53,965 nt of DNA from a virus (lineage: Duplodnaviria; Caudoviricetes). Each line of letters opens with the position of its first letter. Positions within the stretch are counted from its first letter, which is position 1. Location: positions 1-53,965 of the IMG/VR virus record IMGVR_UViG_3300034093_000924; one strand, given 5' to 3'. A program made the position numbers and the translations under genes. The notes below the pieces were generated by a model. That model was not told where the DNA came from. It searched no databases and saw only the letters and a program-made list of their open reading frames with translations. Shown here in pieces: positions 36,829 through 45,159 of this stretch.

Positions 36829-36832
36829 TTTT
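36795..36832 (+). terminator. Intrinsic terminator
   Basis: TCCCCTGACTG-GCAA-CGGTCAGGGGA-CTTTTTCGTTTT; the GNRA loop, U-G wobble and U-tract all fit the plus strand. Confidence 0.8.
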
Positions 36833-36927
36833 GGGGGGTGTTGGCTGGTAGTTCCCCTTTTCCACTTGCGTGTGCCTACACGGCTCCTCATTTAAACCAA
36901 GCCTCTCCATTGGTCACCAACATGGGT

Positions 36928-36958
36928 AGTATACCCCCCCTGTCAATCGTTGGACAAG
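36928..36958 (-). promoter_or_regulatory. Candidate late promoter overlapping a CTTGTCCAAC-NN-TTGACAG element
   Basis: Minus strand TTGTCC-18 nt-TATACT; the same 19-bp element occurs at 45258-45276 on the plus strand. Confidence 0.4.
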
Positions 36959-37215
36959 AGTTTTGTGGAATTTTTTAAAAAATTTATGGGGGTAGTAGAA
37001 AGGATTACAAAAGATTGATTTATGGCACAGAAACAGTGTTCAGTGCTGGGCGGCGTCAATCGTCCAATATGGGTTGGTGGGGGTACGGTGGGGTCTAAAT
37101 AACTCGTTTTTTGGCTGAAATGGGTACTCTCGACCCCATTTGAATCGGGGTCACCGCACAATAGAGACAGCGATGGGGATTGGCCCTGTCGCAAGCTAGT
37201 CTTAAAGGAAAAACC

Positions 37216-37629
37216 ATGTCAACGAAAACCACAGTTCACGCAGTTATCACCGCCGCTTTCGCATACGGCGAGGGCATCGCAACCCTCCGCACCGCCTTCA
37301 AGGGCAAAGCCCGTGATGCCGTCACCAAGGCGTTATTGCCCGAGGTGGCGAGCCATCCCAAGTACTTGGTGCCTCTGGTGGCCGGAGAGCGCAAAGCGGC
37401 GGGCACCAAGGTGCTCGACAAAACCCATGCGAATTACGAGGCGTGTCGCAAGGCGTTGCAACGCATCGTGAAGGAGGTGCTCGGAGAGCAAGGGTCGAGC
37501 AAAACCGAGGAGATGGAAATCCCCGAGGCGATTCTCAAGGCGGCGGCGCAACTGGCCAAGCTGTGCGCCGAGTACGAGGGTGCCCGCAAACTGGCGAGCA
37601 CCGCCGTGGCTCACGCCTTTGCCAAGTAA
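37216..37629 (+). CDS. First early gene, hypothetical (137 aa)
   Basis: AAGGA RBS before ATG 37216. Confidence 0.75.
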   Translation: MSTKTTVHAVITAAFAYGEGIATLRTAFKGKARDAVTKALLPEVASHPKYLVPLVAGERKAAGTKVLDKTHANYEACRKALQRIVKEVLGEQGSSKTEEMEIPEAILKAAAQLAKLCAEYEGARKLASTAVAHAFAK

Positions 37630-37630
37630 T

Positions 37631-37652
37631 CGGGGACACCTTGTCCCTGTTT
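37631..37652. repeat. Palindromic element copy 1 (GGGACA-CCT-TGTCCC)
   Basis: CGGGGACACCTTGTCCCTGTTT just after a stop codon. Confidence 0.85.
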
Positions 37653-37717
37653 CTTCCTGACGGCCTGCCCGAGAAGGTGCGCCGTTGTTTCTTTTCCTGT
37701 CCAACGGAGATTTACCC

Positions 37718-37858
37718 ATGACACAAAACCAATTCCTTGCGCTTTGCAACGAGCACCTCATCGACCCAGGCGTAGCCCTTGAAAACCCAGCCATCGTTGA
37801 AGCCCTTGAAAACCGAGACGATGAAGCCGTGATAGCGGCACTCACAAACGACTTTTAA
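37718..37858 (+). CDS. Small acidic hypothetical protein (46 aa)
   Basis: GGAG RBS; MTQNQFLALCNEHLIDP...TNDF; below the track length cutoff. Confidence 0.6.
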   Translation: MTQNQFLALCNEHLIDPGVALENPAIVEALENRDDEAVIAALTNDF

Positions 37859-37934
37859 ACAGGACACTCTCCCAGCCCATGCGTCTAGCGTGGGTTGTGG
37901 GGGCACTCTTGCCCGAACAACTAGGAGAATCATC

Positions 37935-38159
37935 ATGCGTTCAACTCACTTCCCCCTCTTGAAAGACCGTGGCACCCTCAACCTGCCCACAGGCCGCTGG
38001 CTCGTCCAAGACTACTTCCCCCAGTACCCCAAGCGCGACTACCACATCGTGTCCGTGCAGAACCGAGACACCCTGCTCTCAATGTCCTTCGCGTCAGGCG
38101 ATGCGTTCGAGTCCTGGCTTGAGGTCAACTGCCAGCCAGTGCAACTCCCCCTGCTGTGA
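37935..38159 (+). CDS. Hypothetical protein (74 aa)
   Basis: AGGAG RBS before ATG 37935. Confidence 0.65.
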   Translation: MRSTHFPLLKDRGTLNLPTGRWLVQDYFPQYPKRDYHIVSVQNRDTLLSMSFASGDAFESWLEVNCQPVQLPLL

Positions 38160-38162
38160 AAG

Positions 38163-38187
38163 AAACGGGGACAAACTGTCCCTGTTT
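38163..38187. repeat. Palindromic element copy 2 (GGGACA-AAC-TGTCCC)
   Basis: AAACGGGGACAAACTGTCCCTGTTT. Confidence 0.85.
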
Positions 38188-38221
38188 TTGTTAAATAGCA
38201 AAAAGTAATACTAAAAAGTTC

Positions 38222-38515
38222 GTATCACCTATTTAACAATATGGACACGAGCAAAGACACCTCCAAACCCGCATGGATACTGGCGTCAAGCCTTCCGGTG
38301 GCTATATATCTATATTTATATTTATATTTATATATAGGGGAGTGGGTATGTATGGGTTTGCCCCCGCTTCCACCTCTCTTCTTTTGTTTTTGTGGGCTTT
38401 GCTTTTTGCGAATACCAAAAACAACAGATACCTCGCCACCGGATGGCACAAACCCAGCACCCATGCGGCTTTCAGGGTGGCGAAGCTCGTGTCCAGATTG
38501 TTTAATAGGTGATAC
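38222..38515. repeat. 81-bp imperfect inverted repeat flanking an AT-rich core (candidate replication origin)
   Basis: Arms 38222-38302 and 38435-38515 align without gaps at 63/81 positions; TA-rich run at 38303-38336. Confidence 0.8.
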
Positions 38516-38592
38516 TTCCGGATACCAACTGACAAAACCATGATAAATAGAGTACACTTCAAGCCCCCCTCACACACGAAAGCACCCCAGCC

Positions 38593-39318
38593 ATGTTCGA
38601 AAACAAAAACACACGCCTTGTGCGATTACCCCCCCGCCTGTTGTTGGCCGAAGCCAACCGCCTGACCAAAGGAGTGCCGCTACTGCAAGGCACGCTATTT
38701 AACGCAGTAATGCAGAAAAAGAAACTGGCCCGCAGTCAACGAAACAAGAAGGCAGCACACGCCAGATTGTGGAAACCCATCATAAATACCGCTAAATACG
38801 AGCGCCGAAATGTGCGCGTGATGCACGATTACCAAGCCAAGTTACCCGAACCGACCCCTCGCCTTGAAGCGCTGGGCCTGTACTTGGTGGTGTTGGATAA
38901 GGTAATTGACCAACTCGAAGCGCACATTGCCTTGGGGGAATACACGCCAGCGCAGTATGCAAAGGAACACAACCTGCCCAATGTGGGGGTGCACTGGTCT
39001 GACTGGGTGAAGGAATCCCACAAGCGAAACCTGACCGCAGTCTTTGCCGCACTCCCCCGAACAGGGCGCAAGAACAAGCACCCCTTTGCCCGAACAGTAC
39101 CCAAGCCCATCTTTGAGAAGCAACACGCCCACCTTGTCAAACGCACGACAAGCGACCTGGACAACGAGCGCAAGCACTTGGCCGATGACCCGAACGACGG
39201 TAACTCATTCAAAAGAATAAAACAGATGATGCGTGTGCTGGCCGTGCTTAGAGACATGAAAGAACCCCAAGCCCTGCCCAACACATGGCACGGGCTGGCC
39301 CACCAGAAAGAGGAATGA
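38593..39318 (+). CDS. Hypothetical basic protein (241 aa)
   Basis: Long ORF (GVHWSDWV...LPNTWHGL) followed by palindrome copy 3. Confidence 0.75.
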   Translation: MFENKNTRLVRLPPRLLLAEANRLTKGVPLLQGTLFNAVMQKKKLARSQRNKKAAHARLWKPIINTAKYERRNVRVMHDYQAKLPEPTPRLEALGLYLVVLDKVIDQLEAHIALGEYTPAQYAKEHNLPNVGVHWSDWVKESHKRNLTAVFAALPRTGRKNKHPFARTVPKPIFEKQHAHLVKRTTSDLDNERKHLADDPNDGNSFKRIKQMMRVLAVLRDMKEPQALPNTWHGLAHQKEE

Positions 39319-39342
39319 AACGGGGACAAGCTGTCCCTGTTT
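39318..39342. repeat. Palindromic element copy 3 (GGGACA-AGC-TGTCCC)
   Basis: AAACGGGGACAAGCTGTCCCTGTTT. Confidence 0.85.
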
Positions 39343-39390
39343 ATCGGTCTGCCGCCTGCCGACTCAGGCGGTACTTTAAGGAGAAGTGAA

Positions 39391-39627
39391 ATGAAGAACT
39401 ATTGGTATTTGCGTATCGGCACCGACACACTTGAGGAAGCCCAGCGCTTTTCTAAAAAGAGTGATGCGATTAACGCATACAAATGTGTGGCCAAAGAGTT
39501 GGCGTTTTATGGGCAGGCCATTGACGCTTCGATTCACACGGCACCCACTCGTGCCGAGGTCGTGGAGTATCCCGACTATGTACTGTCGTTGAACGAAAAC
39601 GGCAGAGTTGTAACTGAGCAAGCATAA
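39391..39627 (+). CDS. Hypothetical protein (78 aa)
   Basis: AAGGAGAAGTGAA RBS. Confidence 0.75.
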   Translation: MKNYWYLRIGTDTLEEAQRFSKKSDAINAYKCVAKELAFYGQAIDASIHTAPTRAEVVEYPDYVLSLNENGRVVTEQA

Positions 39628-39638
39628 GGAGAAGTGAG

Positions 39639-39911
39639 ATGAAGATGCACAACATCTATTTTGTGGAAGTTACCGACACCTTCGGGGGCGAGGCCAACTA
39701 CTCGTGGGCCAAGCGGTTCAAGGTACACGCCAACACTGAGCGAGGGGCGATGCGTAAGGTAGCCCGCCACATGGGGTATGGCGGCGGGACATCCCGAGAC
39801 TGGGACACGGGCGACACAGCACGCTGGGTGTGGAAGCACGCTTGTGTCTGTGCGTTCGTGCAAGGGTACGAAGACCAAGCCGAGCACCTCATGCGTGTCG
39901 AGTCAATCTAA
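39639..39911 (+). CDS. Hypothetical protein (90 aa)
   Basis: AAGGAGAAGTGAG RBS; VTDTFGGEANYSW motif. Confidence 0.75.
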   Translation: MKMHNIYFVEVTDTFGGEANYSWAKRFKVHANTERGAMRKVARHMGYGGGTSRDWDTGDTARWVWKHACVCAFVQGYEDQAEHLMRVESI

Positions 39912-39928
39912 ACCAAAGGAGAAAGCAA

Positions 39929-40339
39929 ATGAAATACAACTCATTGATGGAAGCCCAGATGGGCGAGTGGCCGGACAGCTTGGTGCTGACTGACCGCCAG
40001 ATGTACGACGCCGTGAAGGTGGGCACACCTGATTGGATGGCGAAGCACAAGATAGAAGATTGGCGTATGTACGAAGCGCGGCACGAGTTTGGAGATTGGT
40101 TTGCGCCTATCTTTTATATGGATTGGAAACACCTACAGATTGAGCAGACACGCGCACAGTGGGCACGCAATGCGTTCTATTACCGAAGCGGTGACCCCGA
40201 TGGGTTCTTCTATGCGTGCGGCAAGCAAGACGATGGGACATACCGCCATGTGGGCTTTCGCTACGGCACAGAGGACTGCGAGTACGCATCTGGGTTTGAC
40301 GGCCTGACATACACACCAACCAAAGGAGAAAGCAAATGA
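39929..40339 (+). CDS. Hypothetical protein (136 aa)
   Basis: AAGGAGAAAGCAA RBS before ATG 39929. Confidence 0.7.
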   Translation: MKYNSLMEAQMGEWPDSLVLTDRQMYDAVKVGTPDWMAKHKIEDWRMYEARHEFGDWFAPIFYMDWKHLQIEQTRAQWARNAFYYRSGDPDGFFYACGKQDDGTYRHVGFRYGTEDCEYASGFDGLTYTPTKGESK

Positions 40340-40521
40340 ATCGATACACAGTACAGGTGCGCTTGTCGTACTACGCCGATGTGGAAGTCGAGGCAGATGA
40401 CGAACACAGTGCCAAACAGCAGGCAATACGCAAAGCACATTGGGCAATGGATAGGGGCGATGGGTGCTGGGGCGAGGAGCCCAGCGTAGTGGAGATAACC
40501 AACGAAGGAGAAGTGAAATGA
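40336..40521 (+). CDS. Hypothetical protein (61 aa)
   Basis: AAGGAGAAAGCAA RBS; VEVEADDEHSA. Confidence 0.7.
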   Translation: MNRYTVQVRLSYYADVEVEADDEHSAKQQAIRKAHWAMDRGDGCWGEEPSVVEITNEGEVK

Positions 40522-40733
40522 GTGCAATACAACTGGACTACGAGATGCTGCACAAAGCGGCGCAACAGATGGAGAAGGAAGGCGGGAGTTTCGCAGGGCA
40601 CATAGCACAAGCGTTCTATGTGGCAGACAGCACCAACATGTACAAGCTAGTCGAGGCGTTCGATGACCTGTTCGCCGAGTACTACCGCAAGTACCGCAGA
40701 GACCTGATGATTAACCAGGAGACAAGCAAATGA
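40518..40733 (+). CDS. Hypothetical protein (71 aa)
   Basis: AAGGAGAAGTGAA RBS; GGSFAGHIAQAFYVADSTN. Confidence 0.7.
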   Translation: MSAIQLDYEMLHKAAQQMEKEGGSFAGHIAQAFYVADSTNMYKLVEAFDDLFAEYYRKYRRDLMINQETSK

Positions 40734-40975
40734 AAACGAAAGAAGAAATGATCGCCTTCGCCGAGGGCTACCTGCGATGCTCTCTGTATGACGAACACAC
40801 AGGCGAGTCCATCAAGGGTGTTGATGAGTACGTGCATTGGGATATGTACGAGCTTCACTTTTTCGGACAAGACCACGCCGAGGAGGTTCCCGAGTATGCC
40901 CTCAAGATGGTGGTGTACTACTACAAAAGACTAGCGCTATCCGAGCCGATATTCACAACGATTGTTCAACAGTAA
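40730..40975 (+). CDS. Hypothetical protein (81 aa)
   Basis: AGGAGACAAGCAA RBS; ATGA overlap. Confidence 0.7.
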   Translation: MKTKEEMIAFAEGYLRCSLYDEHTGESIKGVDEYVHWDMYELHFFGQDHAEEVPEYALKMVVYYYKRLALSEPIFTTIVQQ

Positions 40976-40986
40976 GGAGAGAAGCA

Positions 40987-41169
40987 ATGAAAGACCAAAT
41001 GAACCAAGAAGAAGTCAACGAGACAGTGGTGCTTGAGTTACTCAATGTGATTGCGAGACTGCGCCATGTCAGCAACAACCTCGACAGCATATCCATGCGC
41101 CACGAGTGCACCGCCCAGCTTGAGGTGGTGCAAAAGAAACTGAACTATTTGATTGACTTAACCAAGTAA
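40987..41169 (+). CDS. Hypothetical protein (60 aa)
   Basis: AAGGAGAGAAGCA RBS. Confidence 0.65.
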   Translation: MKDQMNQEEVNETVVLELLNVIARLRHVSNNLDSISMRHECTAQLEVVQKKLNYLIDLTK

Positions 41170-41182
41170 AAGGAGAGAAGCA

Positions 41183-41410
41183 ATGAGAGAACCACAACAA
41201 CACTTCTATGCGTCCAGCGTATCGCAGTGGGCAACGACCAACGACAAGCGCGACCTGCGCCAGTTGTTGAGACTCATGGACAAGGACGGGTACGCATACA
41301 ACCTGTTCCTCGTGCCGTTGGATCACACCGCCACCTATGAGATCAGGATGTACCAACCCCAAGTCGAGGGCACACAGTGGCTTGGATTCTTTAACCCAAA
41401 GGAGAAGTGA
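41183..41410 (+). CDS. Hypothetical protein (75 aa)
   Basis: AAGGAGAGAAGCA RBS. Confidence 0.7.
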   Translation: MREPQQHFYASSVSQWATTNDKRDLRQLLRLMDKDGYAYNLFLVPLDHTATYEIRMYQPQVEGTQWLGFFNPKEK

Positions 41411-41411
41411 G

Positions 41412-41672
41412 ATGAAACATCAATGGAACACAGGCCGTCAGTATGACGAGCACGGGCAACGCATGGTGGCCGAGGTAGACAGGGAGAACCTGATGGACCT
41501 CCCGCGCATTTACTTCAGCGACCTGTCACGCCACATCAATGGCTTTGTGCCGCTGGGTATGTGGGCACAGACAGGGGACAAGTACGCCATCGAGACGCTG
41601 GTCATGACCAACTACGACTTTGGCAACTACTCACCGAGCAACATAACTCTTGAATGGAAGGAAACAAAATGA
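41412..41672 (+). CDS. Hypothetical protein (86 aa)
   Basis: AAGGAGAAGTGAG RBS; WNTGRQYDEHGQRM. Confidence 0.7.
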   Translation: MKHQWNTGRQYDEHGQRMVAEVDRENLMDLPRIYFSDLSRHINGFVPLGMWAQTGDKYAIETLVMTNYDFGNYSPSNITLEWKETK

Positions 41673-41983
41673 AGATCAAAGTAAGTGAATTAACAGGAGC
41701 CGCCCTTGACTGGGCGGTGGGGTACATCATGGGCGAGAAGCTACGCATACTTGACCGACAGATTGTTTGGCCCGAAGACTACTCACCATCGACAGACTGG
41801 GCACAAGGTGGGCCGATCATTGAGCGTGAGGGGATTGCCCTCTATCTGTACGGCGGCTCCGAATGGAATGCCCATGTTGGCGGTCGTGAGTCGGTCGGCC
41901 CCACACCATTAATCGCCGCTATGCGGTGCTATGTGGCAAGCAAGCTGGGTGATGAAGTTGAAATACCAGAGGAGTTGAAATGA
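41669..41983 (+). CDS. NinX/DUF2591-like protein
   Basis: ELTGAALDWAV...PSTDWAQGGPIIERE...GPTPLIAAMRCYVASKLG. Confidence 0.75.
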   Translation: MKIKVSELTGAALDWAVGYIMGEKLRILDRQIVWPEDYSPSTDWAQGGPIIEREGIALYLYGGSEWNAHVGGRESVGPTPLIAAMRCYVASKLGDEVEIPEELK

Positions 41984-42183
41984 ACGGACTAGACGCACAC
42001 CACGATGCGCTACTCGACAGGCACCTAGACCAGCTCGACCGAGAGGACGCACGCTCAGCACTGGCGGACGCGGAACGCACTCGCTTGCTTGACTTGGTTA
42101 TCCAGGTGCAAGGCGCACTGATGCGAGACGACAAGGAGATTGCTATGTGTATCTTGAATGAAATCGAAAAGGAACTGGAATAA
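41980..42183 (+). CDS. Hypothetical protein (67 aa)
   Basis: AGGAG RBS; ATGA overlap. Confidence 0.65.
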   Translation: MNGLDAHHDALLDRHLDQLDREDARSALADAERTRLLDLVIQVQGALMRDDKEIAMCILNEIEKELE

Positions 42184-42205
42184 ACGGGGACAACCTGTCC
42201 CTGTT
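42182..42205. repeat. Palindromic element copy 4 (GGGACA-ACC-TGTCCC)
   Basis: AAACGGGGACAACCTGTCCCTGTT. Confidence 0.85.
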
Positions 42206-42270
42206 ATGGGTTAGCGGTGTGCCCTCTCACACCGCGCTTGTAAGTAGTAACAAAAAACTGGAGAAGCAAG

Positions 42271-43608
42271 ATGAAGATATTGTTTAACAGCACATTCATG
42301 CCAGCCGCCGACATCGTGTACCACCACCGCGCATGGTTCAGGCGTGAGACACGCAAGTACAAACTGCACCCCGTTGTTGAGGCGGCACTTGATGTGTGCC
42401 GTCCTGATGACTGGCATCAGTTGTTGCTTGAGTGGCCGCACATATCCGAGGGTGACCCCGCACGGCTGGCATACACGAGGGACGAGCGTGCAGGTGAGGC
42501 CGACAGACAGACTGTCACCACCATCGGCAAGTATCTGACGCGCCACTTCAGCGATATGCCCGACCACAAGGTGCGTGACTTGGCCGCGCTGTATGGCTCC
42601 AATGGCGAGTGCAGGTTCGTGCACACCATGGCTGAGATGCTGCACCACTTGAAGCGTGGGCCGTCATCGTGTATGACTGGCGACAGGGACTACCGCTGTG
42701 ACGATGGCGTGTTGCGCCATGCCTATGAGGTGTATGACCCGAGCCTTGGCTGGCACATGGCTGTGCGCTTGGAGTTCGGCAAGACTGTGGGCCGTGCGCT
42801 GTGCCACGGCAAGACCTATGTGCGCTCTTACAAGTACAACCCACACGGCAGTGGCTCACCCACTGACGAGACGCTTGAGGCGTGGCTAGAAACACAGGGG
42901 TACGACAAGGAGTGCACATGGGATGGGCTGAAGATCATGCACTACATCACACAAGGCGGCGACACACTGGCCCCCTACCTCGACGGCGACGACAAGTACG
43001 CTACCAAGAAGGGCGGCTACTTGGTCATCACGGACGACCGTGATGCCGAGTACCAGTGCGACAACACAGGCGGCACGGCCAGCGACAACAACGGGTCAAA
43101 CTGTGAGGACTGTGGCGACCGCATGAGCGATGGTGATGGGTACTGGGTTGGCGCAAGCGAGGAGACCCAGGTGTGCGACAGTTGTTTCAACCACAACTAC
43201 ACATATGCGTACAGCAGGCGCGGGCATCAGGCACACATCAACAACGACTATGTGGTGTATGTCGAGTCGCAAGACGCGCACTATGACGAGGACTATCTCG
43301 ACAGCAACAACATTGTGACGCTGGAGAATGGTGAGTACGAGCACACCGACAACGCTGTGGAGATTGACAACGAGTGGTTCCACATCGAGGACGAGAACAT
43401 TGTCTGTGACCACAACGGCGACTACCAACTGCTCAACAACTGTGTGGGACTAGAGAGCGGCGAGTACGCCCTGACCGATGAGGCGTGGCTGTGCGCCGCG
43501 TCTGCCGATTGGTACTTGACCGATGATGTCGAGCCTGTGACTGTGGACGGCGAGAACTACCACCCCGACCATGCACCCGAGCAAGCAACTGAAGAAGAAG
43601 GAGAATGA
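42271..43608 (+). CDS. Hypothetical protein with SCM/GRAL/PYLD motifs, a CxxC pair and an acidic repeat tail (445 aa)
   Basis: GPSSCM, GRALC..YVRSY, APYLD, CEDC...CDSC; D/E-rich C-terminal part. Confidence 0.8.
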   Translation: MKILFNSTFMPAADIVYHHRAWFRRETRKYKLHPVVEAALDVCRPDDWHQLLLEWPHISEGDPARLAYTRDERAGEADRQTVTTIGKYLTRHFSDMPDHKVRDLAALYGSNGECRFVHTMAEMLHHLKRGPSSCMTGDRDYRCDDGVLRHAYEVYDPSLGWHMAVRLEFGKTVGRALCHGKTYVRSYKYNPHGSGSPTDETLEAWLETQGYDKECTWDGLKIMHYITQGGDTLAPYLDGDDKYATKKGGYLVITDDRDAEYQCDNTGGTASDNNGSNCEDCGDRMSDGDGYWVGASEETQVCDSCFNHNYTYAYSRRGHQAHINNDYVVYVESQDAHYDEDYLDSNNIVTLENGEYEHTDNAVEIDNEWFHIEDENIVCDHNGDYQLLNNCVGLESGEYALTDEAWLCAASADWYLTDDVEPVTVDGENYHPDHAPEQATEEEGE

Positions 43609-44702
43609 GTATGAACAAGAAATCAATTCTGTATAAGACCCTGGTCCGTGCGTTGTCGCTCAAGCGTCCGCATGGTGGTGCGACTGTTGCTGGCTTCACG
43701 CAATGGCTCGTGGACCGCTTGCCCGATCTGGCCGAGGTGTTCACCGATGCCGCTGGGAATGTGCACATTGATATGCGTAGCAGTGACGACCACCGCACGC
43801 TGTTCGTGGCCCATGTGGATACGGTGCACAAGGACGAGGGGGCCAACAAGTTCCGCAAGACCCAGTACAAGTGGTATGCCGAGGACTCACAGCTTGGCGC
43901 GGATGACGGTGCGGGCTGTGCCATGCTCATGCACCTGATGCACAGCGGTGTGCCTGGGTATTACATCTTCACGCAAGGCGAGGAGCGTGGGGGTATCGGT
44001 GCCAAGCACATAGCCAACACATACGCAGACCTGCTGGGCCAGTTCCAGCGTGCCATTGCGTTCGACCGCAGGGGTGTGGATAGCGTCATCACGCACCAGG
44101 GCTGGGGTCGTTGCTGTTCGGATGGGTTTGGCCAAGCCCTGGCTGATGCGCTCAATGTCGATGAGCGCTTGATGTATATGCCTGACGACACTGGGGTATA
44201 CACCGACACTGCCGAGTTCACCGACATCATCCCCGAGTGCACCAACATCAGCGTGGGCTATGACTTCGAGCACAGCGCCAAGGAGGAGCTGGATGTGTAT
44301 CACTTCGACCTGTTGGCCCAGCAAGCCGTGCTCATTGACTGGGATGGGCTCCCCTCCGAGCGTGACCCCACGGTGCCTGACCTCAAGGACATCCACGACA
44401 CAGGTTGGAGCAAGGGGTGGTGGACCAAGTACGACAAGGATGTGGCCAAGTACGACTACGCCGACATGACAGCGGACTGCTTCGAGGAGGCCATCGAGGA
44501 GGCGCGGGCTGGGTACCCTGAGTACCTGCTGGACTTGATCGCCGAGGCCGCGTACCCCGAGGACATTGACTTGGCCTTGCGCTTCCTCGACAAGCGGCGT
44601 GTGACCAAGGACTTGGTGGACGAGATAGCGCGGCAAGCCCAGGCGTACAACGCAGACACGGCCCTGCTCAATGCGTTCGATGCCCTGTATGCCGAGGTTT
44701 GA
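43605..44702 (+). CDS. M20/M28-family zinc peptidase-like protein
   Basis: AHVDTVH, LGADDGAG, GEERG, FDRRG and EHS metal-ligand motifs. Confidence 0.8.
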   Translation: MSMNKKSILYKTLVRALSLKRPHGGATVAGFTQWLVDRLPDLAEVFTDAAGNVHIDMRSSDDHRTLFVAHVDTVHKDEGANKFRKTQYKWYAEDSQLGADDGAGCAMLMHLMHSGVPGYYIFTQGEERGGIGAKHIANTYADLLGQFQRAIAFDRRGVDSVITHQGWGRCCSDGFGQALADALNVDERLMYMPDDTGVYTDTAEFTDIIPECTNISVGYDFEHSAKEELDVYHFDLLAQQAVLIDWDGLPSERDPTVPDLKDIHDTGWSKGWWTKYDKDVAKYDYADMTADCFEEAIEEARAGYPEYLLDLIAEAAYPEDIDLALRFLDKRRVTKDLVDEIARQAQAYNADTALLNAFDALYAEV

Positions 44703-44735
44703 CCGGTGTCAACTTCTTTTTTAAAAGGAACATTC

Positions 44736-44879
44736 ATGTTTGATGAACTTTATTGCGTGTACTGCGCTACCCCCAAGGGGGACAGCTACTCTTGTTGCCA
44801 AGAGAACCATTTCGTGCCGTTCGGTGATCTTTATCCCGAAGATCAGGCGGCGTTACTTGAGGAGATGAAAGATGACTGA
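44736..44879 (+). CDS. Small Cys-rich protein (47 aa)
   Basis: AAGGA RBS; CVYC...CCQENHF. Confidence 0.6.
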   Translation: MFDELYCVYCATPKGDSYSCCQENHFVPFGDLYPEDQAALLEEMKDD

Positions 44880-45159
44880 CAAGACCTACAACGGCTGGAC
44901 CAACTACGCCACATGGCGTGTGAACCTGGAGATATTCGATGACGCGGACAAAGCCGAACTGTTCGATCTATCCTTGCCTGTTGAACAACTGCGCCATGTG
45001 CTGCAAGACTATGTGGAGGAACACATCTACGAGGCAGGCGGGGGCGACGAAGGCAACATCGCCGTTGACTACGCGCTGGCGTTCCTGTCCGATGTGAATT
45101 GGTACGAGATCGCCAAGCACATGATTGACGATGCACAACTGGAGAAGTCTGATGAATAA
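44872..45159 (+). CDS. Hypothetical acidic protein (95 aa)
   Basis: YNGWTNYATWRVNL...VNWYEIA, a pattern common in phage early proteins. Confidence 0.75.
   Translation: MTDKTYNGWTNYATWRVNLEIFDDADKAELFDLSLPVEQLRHVLQDYVEEHIYEAGGGDEGNIAVDYALAFLSDVNWYEIAKHMIDDAQLEKSDE

Noticed and set aside
36703-36978. 91-aa plus-strand ORF across the candidate sRNA
   Set aside because: No RBS and it reads through a strong intrinsic terminator.
38225-38577. Short ORFs across the inverted repeat (YLYLYL, ININI peptides)
   Set aside because: Products of the TA-rich repeat and dyad symmetry; no RBS.
37631-42205. Palindromic repeats as CRISPR repeats or integron attC sites
   Set aside because: Spacing is irregular (0.5-2.9 kb); no cas1/cas2 or integron integrase; too short for attC architecture.
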